Positions 32,893 through 42,701 of a stretch of 64,000 nt of DNA are shown here, one piece after another. Position numbers and translations under genes: made by a program. The first letter of the stretch is position 1. The number at the start of each line of letters is the position of its first letter. The stretch comes from Syntrophales bacterium (GTDB lineage: Bacteria > Desulfobacterota > Syntrophia > Syntrophales > UBA2210): contig CAXXKT010000002.1 in NCBI GenBank assembly GCA_963662405.2, positions 288,001-352,000 of the forward strand, read 5' to 3'. The notes below the pieces were generated by a model. The model made no database searches. It had not been told where the DNA came from and saw only the letters and a program-made list of their open reading frames with translations.

Positions 32893-33844
32893 CATACAGG
32901 GCCTGAAGACATTTTTTTCGACACGAAATGGAACGGTCAGGGCTGTAGACGGCGTGGATCTCGCCGTAGACAGGGGAGACACCCTCGGGATCGTCGGGGA
33001 ATCGGGGTGTGGAAAGACCGTCCTCGCCCTCTCGGTCATGCGGCTGATACCGCAGCCCCCCGGGCGTATTGTCGGAGGGCGAATCCTCTTTAAAGGAACC
33101 GACCTCCTTGCCCTCGACGACAATCAAATGCGCCGGCTTCGGGGAAACGACATATCCATGATATTCCAGGAACCGATGAACTCCCTCAACCCCGTCCTGA
33201 AGGTGGGAGATCAGATCTCCGAGGTAATCAAACTCCACATGCGCGTTACGGAGGAAGAGGCCCGGGACCGCGCCCTCGATATGCTCCGGCTCGTCGGCCT
33301 GTCACCCACTCGTGAGACCATGAGGAGTTATCCCCATCAGATGAGCGGTGGGATGCGCCAGCGGATCATGATCGCCATGGCACTCGCCTGCAGCCCCGAA
33401 CTGATGCTCGCCGACGAACCGACGACGGCCCTCGATGTTACCATCCAGGCACAGATTACCGACCTGATCAACAATCTGAAGGAGGAGGTGGGAACCTCGG
33501 TCATCCTGATAACCCATGACCTGGGGATCGTCGCGGAGATGACCCAGCATGTCGCCGTGATGTACACGGGAAAAGTGGTTGAGACATGCGGCACGGACGA
33601 TCTCTTCTCTACGCCGCTCCACCCTTATACCAGAGGGCTGATGGAATCCACACCGAAGAAGGCCACGGGAGAAGAGGGATATCTCAGGGCAATCCCCGGC
33701 AACGTCCCGAATCTCTACGAGATCCCCTCGGGATGCAGTTTCAGGAATCGATGCCCCGATGTTATGGATATCTGTGCAAACGAGGAACCGCACCTGCTGG
33801 AGCATTCCCCCGGTCACGAGGTACGCTGCTGGAGGTACCAGTGA
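32876..33844 (+). CDS. Peptide ABC transporter ATPase (DppD/OppD)
   Basis: GESGCGKT, MSGGMRQR, HPYT, C-terminal Cys cluster. Confidence 0.92.
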   Translation: MSHILDIQGLKTFFSTRNGTVRAVDGVDLAVDRGDTLGIVGESGCGKTVLALSVMRLIPQPPGRIVGGRILFKGTDLLALDDNQMRRLRGNDISMIFQEPMNSLNPVLKVGDQISEVIKLHMRVTEEEARDRALDMLRLVGLSPTRETMRSYPHQMSGGMRQRIMIAMALACSPELMLADEPTTALDVTIQAQITDLINNLKEEVGTSVILITHDLGIVAEMTQHVAVMYTGKVVETCGTDDLFSTPLHPYTRGLMESTPKKATGEEGYLRAIPGNVPNLYEIPSGCSFRNRCPDVMDICANEEPHLLEHSPGHEVRCWRYQ

Positions 33845-33860
33845 ACAAGGATCGAGAAGG

Positions 33861-34835
33861 ATGAACGAGGTCTTACTCCGCACCGAAGGACTGAAAAAGT
33901 ACTTCCCCGTCCGGGGTGGCTTTCTTTCGGGTAAACTGAAGACGGCACGGGCCGTCGACGGCATCGATCTGCAGATCTTCAGGGGAGAAACCCTCGGCCT
34001 GGTAGGGGAATCCGGATGCGGGAAGACCACCCTCGGACGCCTCATCTCCCGCCTTGAAGAGCCAACCGCCGGAAGGATCACCTTTCAGGGTGAAGACATC
34101 CTCGCCTACTCCCGCAAAGAGATAAAAGCGCTTCGCAGAAGAATTCAACTCATATTTCAGGACCCGTATGCCTCGCTGAATCCGAGAATGAGCGCGGGTG
34201 CCATCGTGGGAGAGGCCATCTCGATCCACAGGATCCTGAAAAGACAGGGAAAAGAGGAAAGAATTGCCGATCTGATGGAAACTGTTGGGCTCAGTAAAGA
34301 ACAGATGGGGCGCTATCCTCACGAGTTCAGCGGCGGCCAGAGGCAGCGCATCGGGATAGCACGGGCGCTGGCCCTCAACCCCGAACTGGTCATCGCAGAC
34401 GAGCCCGTATCGGCGCTGGATGTCTCTATACAGGCACAGATACTCAATCTTCTGAAAGACTTACAGGAAAGATTTCATCTCACTTATCTCTTCATCAGTC
34501 ATGACCTGAGTGTCGTCGAGCATATCAGCGACCGGGTCGCCGTCATGTACCTGGGAAAAATCGTGGAACTCGCGGGCAAAAAGACCCTCTACGACACCCC
34601 CCTTCACCCCTATACACAGGCCCTTCTGTCCGCAGTCCCTATTCCCGACCCCGCACATGCCAGGGACAGGATACTGCTTGGCGGTGGCATTCCCAACCCC
34701 ACCGCCCCCCCCTCCGGGTGTTCGTTCCACCCCCGGTGCCGGTATCGTATGGACATATGTGACACAACGATACCGCCACTTGAAGATCGGGGAGATGGGC
34801 ATTACGTGGCATGTCACCTGAAAACCGCATGTTGA
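33861..34835 (+). CDS. Peptide ABC transporter ATPase (DppF/OppF)
   Basis: GESGCGKT, FSGGQRQR, DEPVSALD. Confidence 0.92.
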   Translation: MNEVLLRTEGLKKYFPVRGGFLSGKLKTARAVDGIDLQIFRGETLGLVGESGCGKTTLGRLISRLEEPTAGRITFQGEDILAYSRKEIKALRRRIQLIFQDPYASLNPRMSAGAIVGEAISIHRILKRQGKEERIADLMETVGLSKEQMGRYPHEFSGGQRQRIGIARALALNPELVIADEPVSALDVSIQAQILNLLKDLQERFHLTYLFISHDLSVVEHISDRVAVMYLGKIVELAGKKTLYDTPLHPYTQALLSAVPIPDPAHARDRILLGGGIPNPTAPPSGCSFHPRCRYRMDICDTTIPPLEDRGDGHYVACHLKTAC

Positions 34836-34959
34836 TCCGGTTCCCGAAAAAAAATCTGAAATAATACTTGACGAACAGATCTCAAAAGCATAGATAGGGA
34901 AGTCAATTTTCTTGGGACGACTCTCATGCCCCGGCAGGGGTTGTTCGAGCAAGGAAAAA

Positions 34960-35036
34960 GCGCCCGTAGCTCAGCTGGATAGAGTCGCAGACTTCGAATC
35001 TGTTGGTCGAAGGTTCGAATCCTTCCGGGCGCGCCA
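34960..35036 (+). tRNA. tRNA-Arg (TCG)
   Basis: Cloverleaf, anticodon loop CTTCGAA, TTCGAAT, CCA end. Confidence 0.93.
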
Positions 35037-35059
35037 TACATTCGACCACATGACACAAC

Positions 35060-35136
35060 GGGCCCTTAGCTCAGCTGGTAGCAGCAACTGACTCTTAATC
35101 AGTAGGTCGTCGGTTCGAACCCGACAGGGCCCACCA
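35060..35136 (+). tRNA. tRNA-Lys (CTT) with an extra base in the D arm
   Basis: Cloverleaf, loop CTCTTAA, CCA end; GGTAGCAGC instead of GGTAGAGC. Confidence 0.9.
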
Positions 35137-35321
35137 AAAATAACAAGGGGTTACGAGAAATCGTAGCCCCTTTCTTTTTGTAGATTTTGCAATATGTAGC
35201 CACAGTGTAGCCACTTTCGGGACATTTAAAAGGCCCCCGGTTTCTCTGTCGGACCACTCCGCCCTTCTTGAATATATTGTATTGTTATGACGATATTATT
35301 AATTTTCTGTGATAGGAAAGC

Positions 35322-35430
35322 TTGACAATCCGTCATGATAGAGTTAACGGGGTAATAGCTTTGATCTTGGCGTTTTTTTCTACTTATGAGCGGCTGTAAC
35401 CAATGGAGGGGATTATGGTCTGATCGTCAA
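35322..35430 (+). repeat. Non-coding module copy M2 (opposite orientation, no terminator)
   Basis: TTGACA-N11-TAGAGTTA ... GCTGTAACC ... GGAGGGGATTATGGTCTGATC. Confidence 0.85.
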
Positions 35431-35518
35431 GAACTTTTTCCCCTCCTTCGTCTATTCGTTCCCGACCATCCGGCTCGCACTGATAAAGCGGTACAGATCG
35501 ACTATTGATTCAGGCAGT

Positions 35519-35780
35519 TTGAGGAGTCGCCATAAATCGGCATATCTATTTGAAAGAGGGGACGGTAAGCCCTACACAAGCAAAGATATAAACTGCATCT
35601 GTGGAATGGCATGCGCACAAACGAGGATACTGATCAAGCCCAATAATGCCATCAAGCACTCTCTTGAATACCAACTTTTAGATGAAGGGCACAGTCTTGG
35701 CGAAGTCGCGGAAATTTTGGAACATGAAACCCGCAAATGACAAGACGGTATGCCAAGAGAACGTCCAAGAGAAAAAGCGA
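35519..35780 (+). pseudogene. Tyrosine integrase C-terminal remnant
   Basis: KHSL..QLLDEGHSLGEVAEILEH then a frameshifted MTRRYA; degenerate H/R/H/Y boxes. Confidence 0.7.
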
Positions 35781-35927
35781 CGGGCTCCGCGATGCATCTG
35801 CGAAGCCCGTGTTGATTAATCGTTACGATTGTTATCTTGAAAGATTATTACTACTTATTTCTCTCGCTTTCTCAACTCGGCAGGCATAACGTAGTTCTGC
35901 GGAGAACCGACGCCCTTGTACACCGCC

Positions 35928-37223
35928 TCATTCTCCCTGGCGCACCCCCCCCAGATACGCGATCTTCCCGTCGTTCTGGAACTGTACTATCGGGATAATC
36001 AGAGCGCCGGGGAGATTTTTATTTAAGGGATCAGAAAGATCCGCTCTGACCTTGGAGTGGAAGTAAGGTTTCACCCGCTCTTGCACGTAGGCCATCTTGC
36101 CGATCGAAAAGGTGGTCTGTGTCGTCTCCATCGCCTTGATCAGCTTGTCGATATCATCGACACCCCCCGCGGTCTCGATCACTTTCTTGATGAAATAGAT
36201 ATCCGCGTATGCAAGGTGAACGTGAATCTGGGCCGGGATACCATGTTTGGCGGCCAGCTCCACAAAGGGGATGGTCTTGTCCGTCAGCGGGATCCGGCAC
36301 TCGGTAAAGAGGGCAGAAACACCCAAACATTTCCCGCCGGTCAATTTCCAGAAATCGGCAGTCTGCGAGACACCGCCGGTGAAATCAATGGGGATATCGC
36401 GCGCGGCCGAATCGGCCCACTGCTTGACGAAGGATTCCGTGTCGGTAAACCAGGAACTTGTGTAAAGGATATTCTGAGCCCCCGAGCTGGCGATCTGCTG
36501 GAGGAGGGGCAGGTACATCGTCCCCCTCGGTTTGACTGTCTTGCTGTAGACGACCTTGATATCGAATTCTTTCTCAAGCATATCCTCGAAGGAAGGCGCG
36601 CCCAATTCGGGAATACCCTCTCGATACGCCTTGGTCCACTCAAGATCCTCATAGAGAATAGCGATTTTTTTTAAGCCGTTGGGAAATCGCTGTGGCCATG
36701 TTGTTCCCCAGAAATATCTCATCATGGGGTAATATGTCGAATCCGTAATCCAGTCACGAAAACAGAACTTGTATCTCTCGTAGTCGTCGGCGATCCGGTT
36801 GGTCAGCTCCATCCCCTGAGCACCGTTAAAGATCAGAATGTGCGGGTAGTCCTTGAACATAGCCGCTCCGTTCTCCTGAGCGGCGAGACAGATCTCCGTT
36901 CTTCCCTCAACGAAGATGAACTTCGCCTTCTCTTCCATCAGTAGGCGGCGTGTCCCCTCAACTGTCAGAGAGGTCGCGCCTTTATTGTCAGCTATGGCAT
37001 ACTTCAAGGGTCTTCCGAGAACCCCGCCGGCCTCGTTGATCTCTTGGACTGCGAGCTTCTGGATGGCCATGCAGGGCCTCGTACCCGGCGAGAGCACCAT
37101 TCCCGCGTACCCGATCACGATCGGTTCTCCCGACGGTGCGGCACCCATGCCAGTCAACGGAAAGCAGAACGTCAGTGCAAGCGCAGCCACAACAAACAAC
37201 TTCAATTCAGATCTTCTGGTCAT
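35928..37223 (-). CDS. Orphan ABC substrate-binding protein (branched-chain/LivJ-like), probably frameshifted near the C-terminus
   Basis: Signal peptide, AVQEINEAGGVLGRP; G8 tract at 35945-35952 with an alternative frame running to 35855. Confidence 0.85.
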   Translation of the reverse strand: MTRRSELKLFVVAALALTFCFPLTGMGAAPSGEPIVIGYAGMVLSPGTRPCMAIQKLAVQEINEAGGVLGRPLKYAIADNKGATSLTVEGTRRLLMEEKAKFIFVEGRTEICLAAQENGAAMFKDYPHILIFNGAQGMELTNRIADDYERYKFCFRDWITDSTYYPMMRYFWGTTWPQRFPNGLKKIAILYEDLEWTKAYREGIPELGAPSFEDMLEKEFDIKVVYSKTVKPRGTMYLPLLQQIASSGAQNILYTSSWFTDTESFVKQWADSAARDIPIDFTGGVSQTADFWKLTGGKCLGVSALFTECRIPLTDKTIPFVELAAKHGIPAQIHVHLAYADIYFIKKVIETAGGVDDIDKLIKAMETTQTTFSIGKMAYVQERVKPYFHSKVRADLSDPLNKNLPGALIIPIVQFQNDGKIAYLGGVRQGE

Positions 37224-37418
37224 CGTCTTTTCCTCCTTTTGTTGTGTGGTGTGTATTACTTTGCAAACAACCTCACGCTATTGCTCCGGTGGTTAAAAGC
37301 ATCAATCACCTTACCAAGCGTGGCACGGTATCCACGCCAGCCTTGGCCTCACGTTGTGCGAGACAAACTTGATAGATGTAATTATTCGCTGGAGCAATAT
37401 TGTATTGATCAGTATACC

Positions 37419-37661
37419 GGGATGTCATACAAATCCGCATGGCACTCATTTGTTTGCTTTGGCGACTGCAAGTATTAAGATGTTCACGAAAAATCGAAAG
37501 CCCCATCTCTCATTTTTGAGAAACAGGGCTTTGGATGATCAGGCCATAATCCCCCCAAGTTACAGATGTTCACAAGTAAACAATAACGTGAAAATCAAAA
37601 CCGCTAAACGCTTAACTCTATGACAAGACTTTGTCAAGCAATTTTCAGCGAGACTTTCAAG
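37419..37661 (-). repeat. Non-coding module copy M3
   Basis: Terminator 37497-37532, TCAGGCCAT 37539-37547, TGTCAA 37632-37637, GAGACTTTCAA 37650-37660. Confidence 0.88.
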
Positions 37662-37772
37662 GAAAAACCAAGTTAACGTATCAGAAACACTTTAAAATAC
37701 TACTTTGGTAGTATTTACAATGTTCCGGTGATTAGAGAAAATGGCCCTCAAGGAAACAATAATGAGAGGACC

Positions 37773-38381
37773 ATGGACATGAAGAAGATATTACGCATGA
37801 TTTGTCTGCTACTTCTTGCGGTTTTGGTGTCAGGGAAAGCTCATGCAACAATGTACAGCTGGGGTCTGGGCGACATTTATTCGCTTGATAAAAACTACTA
37901 TTACACGTGGGGTCTGGACGATTTTTCCCTGTCAGAGAATGAGATCATATCGTCCGCTTCGGTAACTTTCTACGATATTAGCTCGTATTGGAAATCTGGA
38001 GTGTTGTATCTGAGTCTGTTGGACACCGCCCGAGAAGGGCTCAGTTACGGAAGTGATTTGTTCACCAAAAACAATTATTTCGAAAGTGAGGCCTATTTAG
38101 GTGAACAAACTACACTAGAGTACTGGAAAAAGATTTCGAATGTTTCTCAAACCATAACTTACTACTTTGACAAATCGGAAATAGCAACGCTTATTGCATA
38201 TCTTGCGAATGATTCGGTGGTGGGACTCGGTATAGATCCGGATCAGTATTTTTACAACAAGGGCATATCCTTCAACATCGAAACATCTAGTGGCGCACCC
38301 GTACCGGAACCAACGACCATGTTGCTCCTGGGATTCGGGCTTGCCGGAATGGCTCTCGTGAAGAGAAAAGGGAAAGTGTAG
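37773..38381 (+). CDS. PEP-CTERM sorting domain protein
   Basis: Signal peptide; VPEPTTMLLLGFGLAGMALVKRK C-terminus. Confidence 0.92.
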   Translation: MDMKKILRMICLLLLAVLVSGKAHATMYSWGLGDIYSLDKNYYYTWGLDDFSLSENEIISSASVTFYDISSYWKSGVLYLSLLDTAREGLSYGSDLFTKNNYFESEAYLGEQTTLEYWKKISNVSQTITYYFDKSEIATLIAYLANDSVVGLGIDPDQYFYNKGISFNIETSSGAPVPEPTTMLLLGFGLAGMALVKRKGKV

Positions 38382-38620
38382 TGGGTAGTACCCTTCAAGG
38401 ACGGAGCAGAGAACCTATCTGTTTTCTTTAGATAGACTTTCAGATAAGGGTTTTATTGCTATAGGACATGTGTATGTCGATCAATGCGTGCTTCCTGAAC
38501 TCGATAAAATAGACATGGTTAGATATGTTGTAAATTACTTTTGGGGAACTGATGGTATCGAAGCTCACAATGGCAAGAGGAAACGGGCGAAACCCGCTTT
38601 AACGTGTCCGCAGATATTGC

Positions 38621-39052
38621 TTAAGTGTTCTCGCTAGTCGACGCAGGTTTAGGTTTGTATTTGATGGCGATCCTGACACCGAAATAGTTAGTGCACCTGC
38701 GATATCTACCAATTCCACTCCTAGAGCTTTCATAGCCTGAGCATGGTATATAATCTTTCTGAAGGTATGTCTGATTGGATGCAACCATTTTTTCAATCAG
38801 ATTGCTCACGGAGAGGCCGCCTTTGCAACACATCGGGTTTGTACAATCGATATACTCCACAACATCCTTTCCATAGCGTTCGTAATGTTTTTCCGTAGTT
38901 AAATTGGTGACTTTGTGATTGACGCTACGTTTGACAAGGACTTCAATATCTTCAATACTTGGAAAAGCTTCAGCAAATGATCCTTCCCCCGAAAACGTGG
39001 AGCCTGTATTGGGAGAGATGCCGGATGCCTCTTCTATGTCTAGACTGCTCAT
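38621..39052 (-). CDS. Hypothetical Cys-containing protein
   Basis: SD AGGAG; CTNPMCC..., CSGYE, RRC motifs. Confidence 0.6.
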   Translation of the reverse strand: MSSLDIEEASGISPNTGSTFSGEGSFAEAFPSIEDIEVLVKRSVNHKVTNLTTEKHYERYGKDVVEYIDCTNPMCCKGGLSVSNLIEKMVASNQTYLQKDYIPCSGYESSRSGIGRYRRCTNYFGVRIAIKYKPKPASTSENT

Positions 39053-39097
39053 GTGGTTCTCCTGTGGCACAAATCAACCAGTGTTACGGATATTGAC

Positions 39098-39633
39098 TCA
39101 ACTACCCTCGACTATAAGTCGAGGGGTTATGACGGGTCGATTGAAAATCGACTGTCGTCAACTATCGGCTCCCCTTCTTGCTCTTGAATATATTGCGCTA
39201 TCATCTCGTCAGTTATATTACCGGAACTGACAGCAAGGTATCCTCGCGCCCAAAGATGCCTGCCCCAAAATTGCTTCTTTAAATGAGGAAATTCGGATAA
39301 TAGCACCCGCGAGCTTATCCCCTTCAACCATTGAACAATCTTGCTGATATCCAGATTAGGCCGATATAAAATGAACATGTGCACATGGTCGCTCGCTACT
39401 TTTCCGGTAATGATGTCAAGCTCATGCTCAAAAGCAATTTGGCGCAGAACATCTCGCGCGCGATTTGCTACTGGACCCGTTAATACTTGCTTTCGGTATT
39501 TCGGTATCCAAACAAGATGTACCTTTAAATCCGTTTTTGTATGAGCCCCAATTTGATAACGTCGCATAGCGACAGATATAAACTTTTCTTCGCCTAAAGG
39601 CGAGGGATTTCAACCATCCCCGAGGGAGACATT
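39098..39633 (-). mobile_element. IS200-type element
   Basis: tnpA flanked by hairpins CCCTCGACTATAAGTCGAGGG and TCGCCTAAAGGCGA; left boundary approximate. Confidence 0.8.
39127..39567 (-). CDS. tnpA: IS200/IS605 Y1 transposase
   Basis: HLVWIPKYR, DHVH HUH motif, LKGISSR, LWARGY, YIQEQ. Confidence 0.95.
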   Translation of the reverse strand: MRRYQIGAHTKTDLKVHLVWIPKYRKQVLTGPVANRARDVLRQIAFEHELDIITGKVASDHVHMFILYRPNLDISKIVQWLKGISSRVLLSEFPHLKKQFWGRHLWARGYLAVSSGNITDEMIAQYIQEQEGEPIVDDSRFSIDPS

Positions 39634-39640
39634 AAAAAAA

Positions 39641-40376
39641 GGGTCTTGACTAGAACAGCGGTTTATTTTTGAAGTTCTTTAACAACAATTTATAGATATC
39701 GGTGTTACGGTTGTTGAACCGGAACTCACATTCCTTGAGATGCAGGTAAAAGGTTGATTGTGGAATACCATGGAACTTCATCAGCCTCCGTTTTGCGAAT
39801 GACCAGAAGGATTCAATGCCATTGATGTGGCTTTTCCCCCTGGCAAATTCATTGGCTCCGTGATGAACACGGTAATGCTTTTTGTATCCCAAGTCAACCA
39901 AACCATCATAGCCTCTCCAACTATCTGAATGTATGACACTATTCGGTTCAACTTTGCCCCTGATAATGGCCTGGAGAGTCTTCCTGGCGCAATCGGGAAC
40001 GATTTCGGTATAGACACTGCCTTTTCGTTGCAGGATACCGAATACAGGGGTTTTTCTCCCGGCCCCACGGCCTCGTTTCCCTTTGATACGTTTTGCACCG
40101 AAATATGATTCGTCAACCTCGATTTCACCCTGAAATGGTGATTCTTCTTCGCACAGATCAGCTATACGTTGACGAATCAAAGACAGATATCGATTCACCG
40201 TATTTCTATTGAGTTTTGTTAAAAGAGCGATGGTTTGAGCATCCAAATCGAAGGCAAAATACTTCACGATCTCTCTAAATTTTGCCTCTGAAATTTTGGA
40301 ATTTTTTACATACTTGTTACTTATTGACATGACTAGACTCTTAACATATTTCCGTGTGCTGTTCTAGTCAAGACCC
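39641..40376 (-). mobile_element. IS1595 family element (IS1016-like size)
   Basis: Perfect 19-bp terminal IRs GGGTCTTGACTAGAACAGC; 736 bp; no matching TSD. Confidence 0.92.
39650..40330 (-). CDS. IS1595 family transposase
   Basis: EVDESYFG, HSDSWRGY, INGIESFW, ECEFRFN. Confidence 0.95.
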   Translation of the reverse strand: MSISNKYVKNSKISEAKFREIVKYFAFDLDAQTIALLTKLNRNTVNRYLSLIRQRIADLCEEESPFQGEIEVDESYFGAKRIKGKRGRGAGRKTPVFGILQRKGSVYTEIVPDCARKTLQAIIRGKVEPNSVIHSDSWRGYDGLVDLGYKKHYRVHHGANEFARGKSHINGIESFWSFAKRRLMKFHGIPQSTFYLHLKECEFRFNNRNTDIYKLLLKNFKNKPLF

Positions 40377-40389
40377 TTGTTTTATTAAA

Positions 40390-40460
40390 GCAGCCGTTTA
40401 TTGGTCGAATTCATTCGACGCGGCTGCTGAACCCCTCGACTTATAGTCGAGGGTAGTTCA
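40390..40460 (+). mobile_element. Orphan IS200/IS605 right end with an upstream hairpin
   Basis: 40430-40460 is the inverse of 39098-39128 (30/31); GCAGCCG/CGGCTGC hairpin upstream. Confidence 0.75.
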
Positions 40461-40922
40461 ATTCATCTTGAGGGCCACCTGAAAGAGCTGACTACTATGA
40501 TGGTCGAGTTCTGCCGCTCTGATATGGGGGATGACATTGATATCATGACCTCTCTACGGGGGATTGGTGAGAAAACGGCGGCAAACTTTCTTATCGAGAT
40601 GGGAGGTGATATCCAGAGATTTGAAGATCACAAAAAACTTATCGCCATGGCGGGTATTGATCCTGCCATATATCAGTCTGGAAAGCATGAAGGGCACGGC
40701 AGGATCACCAAGCGCGGGAATCGTCATCTCAGACGAGTAATCTGGCTTATGACTATCCGGGTTATTCAATTCAATCAGTGTTTCCAAAACTACTATAAAA
40801 AGAGGATCCGGGATGGACTTCCCTTCAAAAAAGCGGTCCTTGCTACAGCCCATAAACTCCTGAGGGTCATTTTCGCCATGCTTACTCAAAGAACACTTTT
40901 TAACGACATGACGGAGTCATGA
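40461..40922 (+). pseudogene. IS110 transposase C-terminal fragment
   Basis: GIGEKTA, AGIDP..YQSG, KRGNRHLR, AHKLLRVIF; N-terminal DEDD domain missing. Confidence 0.88.
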
Positions 40923-41206
40923 TAGTTGACTAAAGTGTTGTTTTTTCGAATTCATTCACCCATGCCACATTACAATCGGAAATCATCAAGGTGTTAGCTC
41001 TAGAATCTGCGTGTTTTTCCTTTTCAGCTCTGTCAACCTATAATTTCTCATTCCATTAACGCACACTGCTCATTCCTCTTTAAAGTTTCTGGAGAGAGTG
41101 ATATAATTATGAAGTCTTAGTGTTTAAGCGATCGATACGTCTTATACTTCTATACAACCATCCTTTCTTTTCGGTTAGTACTCTATGTCATTACAAGGGG
41201 AATCAG

Positions 41207-42655
41207 ATGAAAGATCCATCTGGGACAAATCAAGAATTGATCGAAGAAATATCCTCCTTAAAGAGGAGAATCAAGGACTTGGAACAACCGAAATTACAGC
41301 GCAGGCAGTCGGATGGTGTGCTCCAGACCCCAGATGCGACACTCTTGAAAGTTTTAAACAGCCTTGACTCCCTTGTCTATGTGGCTGACATGAAGAGCTA
41401 TGAGGTTATTTTTATTAACACATACGGGAAAAATATATGGGGGGACGCAGAGGGTAAAATCTGTTGGCAGGCCCTCCAGGAAGGCCAGACAGGTCCCTGT
41501 GAATTTTGCACAAATAGTCAGCTCACTGGGCCGGATAGGACCCCAACAGAGGGCGTCGCCTGGGAATTCCAGAACACTGTTACTAAACGGTGGTACGATT
41601 GTCGGGACAAAGCCATTTATTGGCCCGATGGTCGTATTGTTCGGGTTGAAATTGCCACTGATGTCACCGACCATAAGCAGGCGGAGACACAACTCCGACA
41701 ACAAACCGATGCCATGGACGCGGCGATCGATGGGATAGCCATCCTCAATGAAGAAGAGAAATACGTCTATTTAAACAAAGCTCACGCCACGGTTTATGGT
41801 TATGAGAATACCGAGGAACTTATCGGAAAGTCATGGAGGGTTCTCTATGATTCTGATGCCCTTCAGCGCTTTGACCAAGAAATCATGCCTGAGTTTAGCC
41901 GGGAAGGAAGCTGGCATGGCGAAGCCATAGGTATGAAAAAAAATGGGGACAAGTTTTCGCAGGAGATCTCCTTAACGGCCATGGCTAATGGCGGGTTGAT
42001 TTGTGTCGTTCGCGACATCACCGACCGCAAGCAGGTGGAGAAAAACCTCAAAGATACTCTTGAAAATCTCAGGAAATCGTTTGGTGTTACCATTCAAGTG
42101 ATGGTGTCCGCCACAGAGGCGAGAGACCCCTATACGGCCGGTCATCAGCTCCGGGTTGCTGACCTTGCCCGTGCCATCGCCACGGAAATGAGACTTTCCA
42201 AGGATAGAATCGAGGGCATTCGTATGGCGGGTTCCATCCATGACATCGGAAAATTATCCATCCCAGTGGAGATATTATCCAAACCCACCAAGCTGTCAAA
42301 CATTGAGTTTTCTCTGATAAAAGAGCACTCCCAGAAAGGGTACGAGATGCTGAAGGATGTGGAATCCCCCTGGCCGCTGGCGGAGATTGTCTACCAGCAC
42401 CATGAACGGATGAATGGTTCAGGCTATCCAAGAAATCTGAAGGGGGATGAGATTCTTATGGAGGCCCGTATTATGGCTGTCGCGGATGTTGTCGAGTCCA
42501 TGGCCTCCCACCGGCCCTACCGTGCCAGCTTGGGGATTAGTGAGGCTCTGAAAGAAATCGAGAAGAATAAAGGAACCCTTTACGATACAAATGTGGTGGA
42601 TGCCTGCCTGAGATTATTTCGGGAAAAAGGTTTTAAGTTTTCGGAAGAACGCTGA
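41207..42655 (+). CDS. PAS + HD-GYP c-di-GMP phosphodiesterase
   Basis: PAS domains, HDIGK, HHERMNGSGYP, RPYR. Confidence 0.93.
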   Translation: MKDPSGTNQELIEEISSLKRRIKDLEQPKLQRRQSDGVLQTPDATLLKVLNSLDSLVYVADMKSYEVIFINTYGKNIWGDAEGKICWQALQEGQTGPCEFCTNSQLTGPDRTPTEGVAWEFQNTVTKRWYDCRDKAIYWPDGRIVRVEIATDVTDHKQAETQLRQQTDAMDAAIDGIAILNEEEKYVYLNKAHATVYGYENTEELIGKSWRVLYDSDALQRFDQEIMPEFSREGSWHGEAIGMKKNGDKFSQEISLTAMANGGLICVVRDITDRKQVEKNLKDTLENLRKSFGVTIQVMVSATEARDPYTAGHQLRVADLARAIATEMRLSKDRIEGIRMAGSIHDIGKLSIPVEILSKPTKLSNIEFSLIKEHSQKGYEMLKDVESPWPLAEIVYQHHERMNGSGYPRNLKGDEILMEARIMAVADVVESMASHRPYRASLGISEALKEIEKNKGTLYDTNVVDACLRLFREKGFKFSEER

Positions 42656-42701
42656 TTGCTAATCAAAATTTTCATGAAATCGGAGCAAAAAGGAATCCCC
42701 G

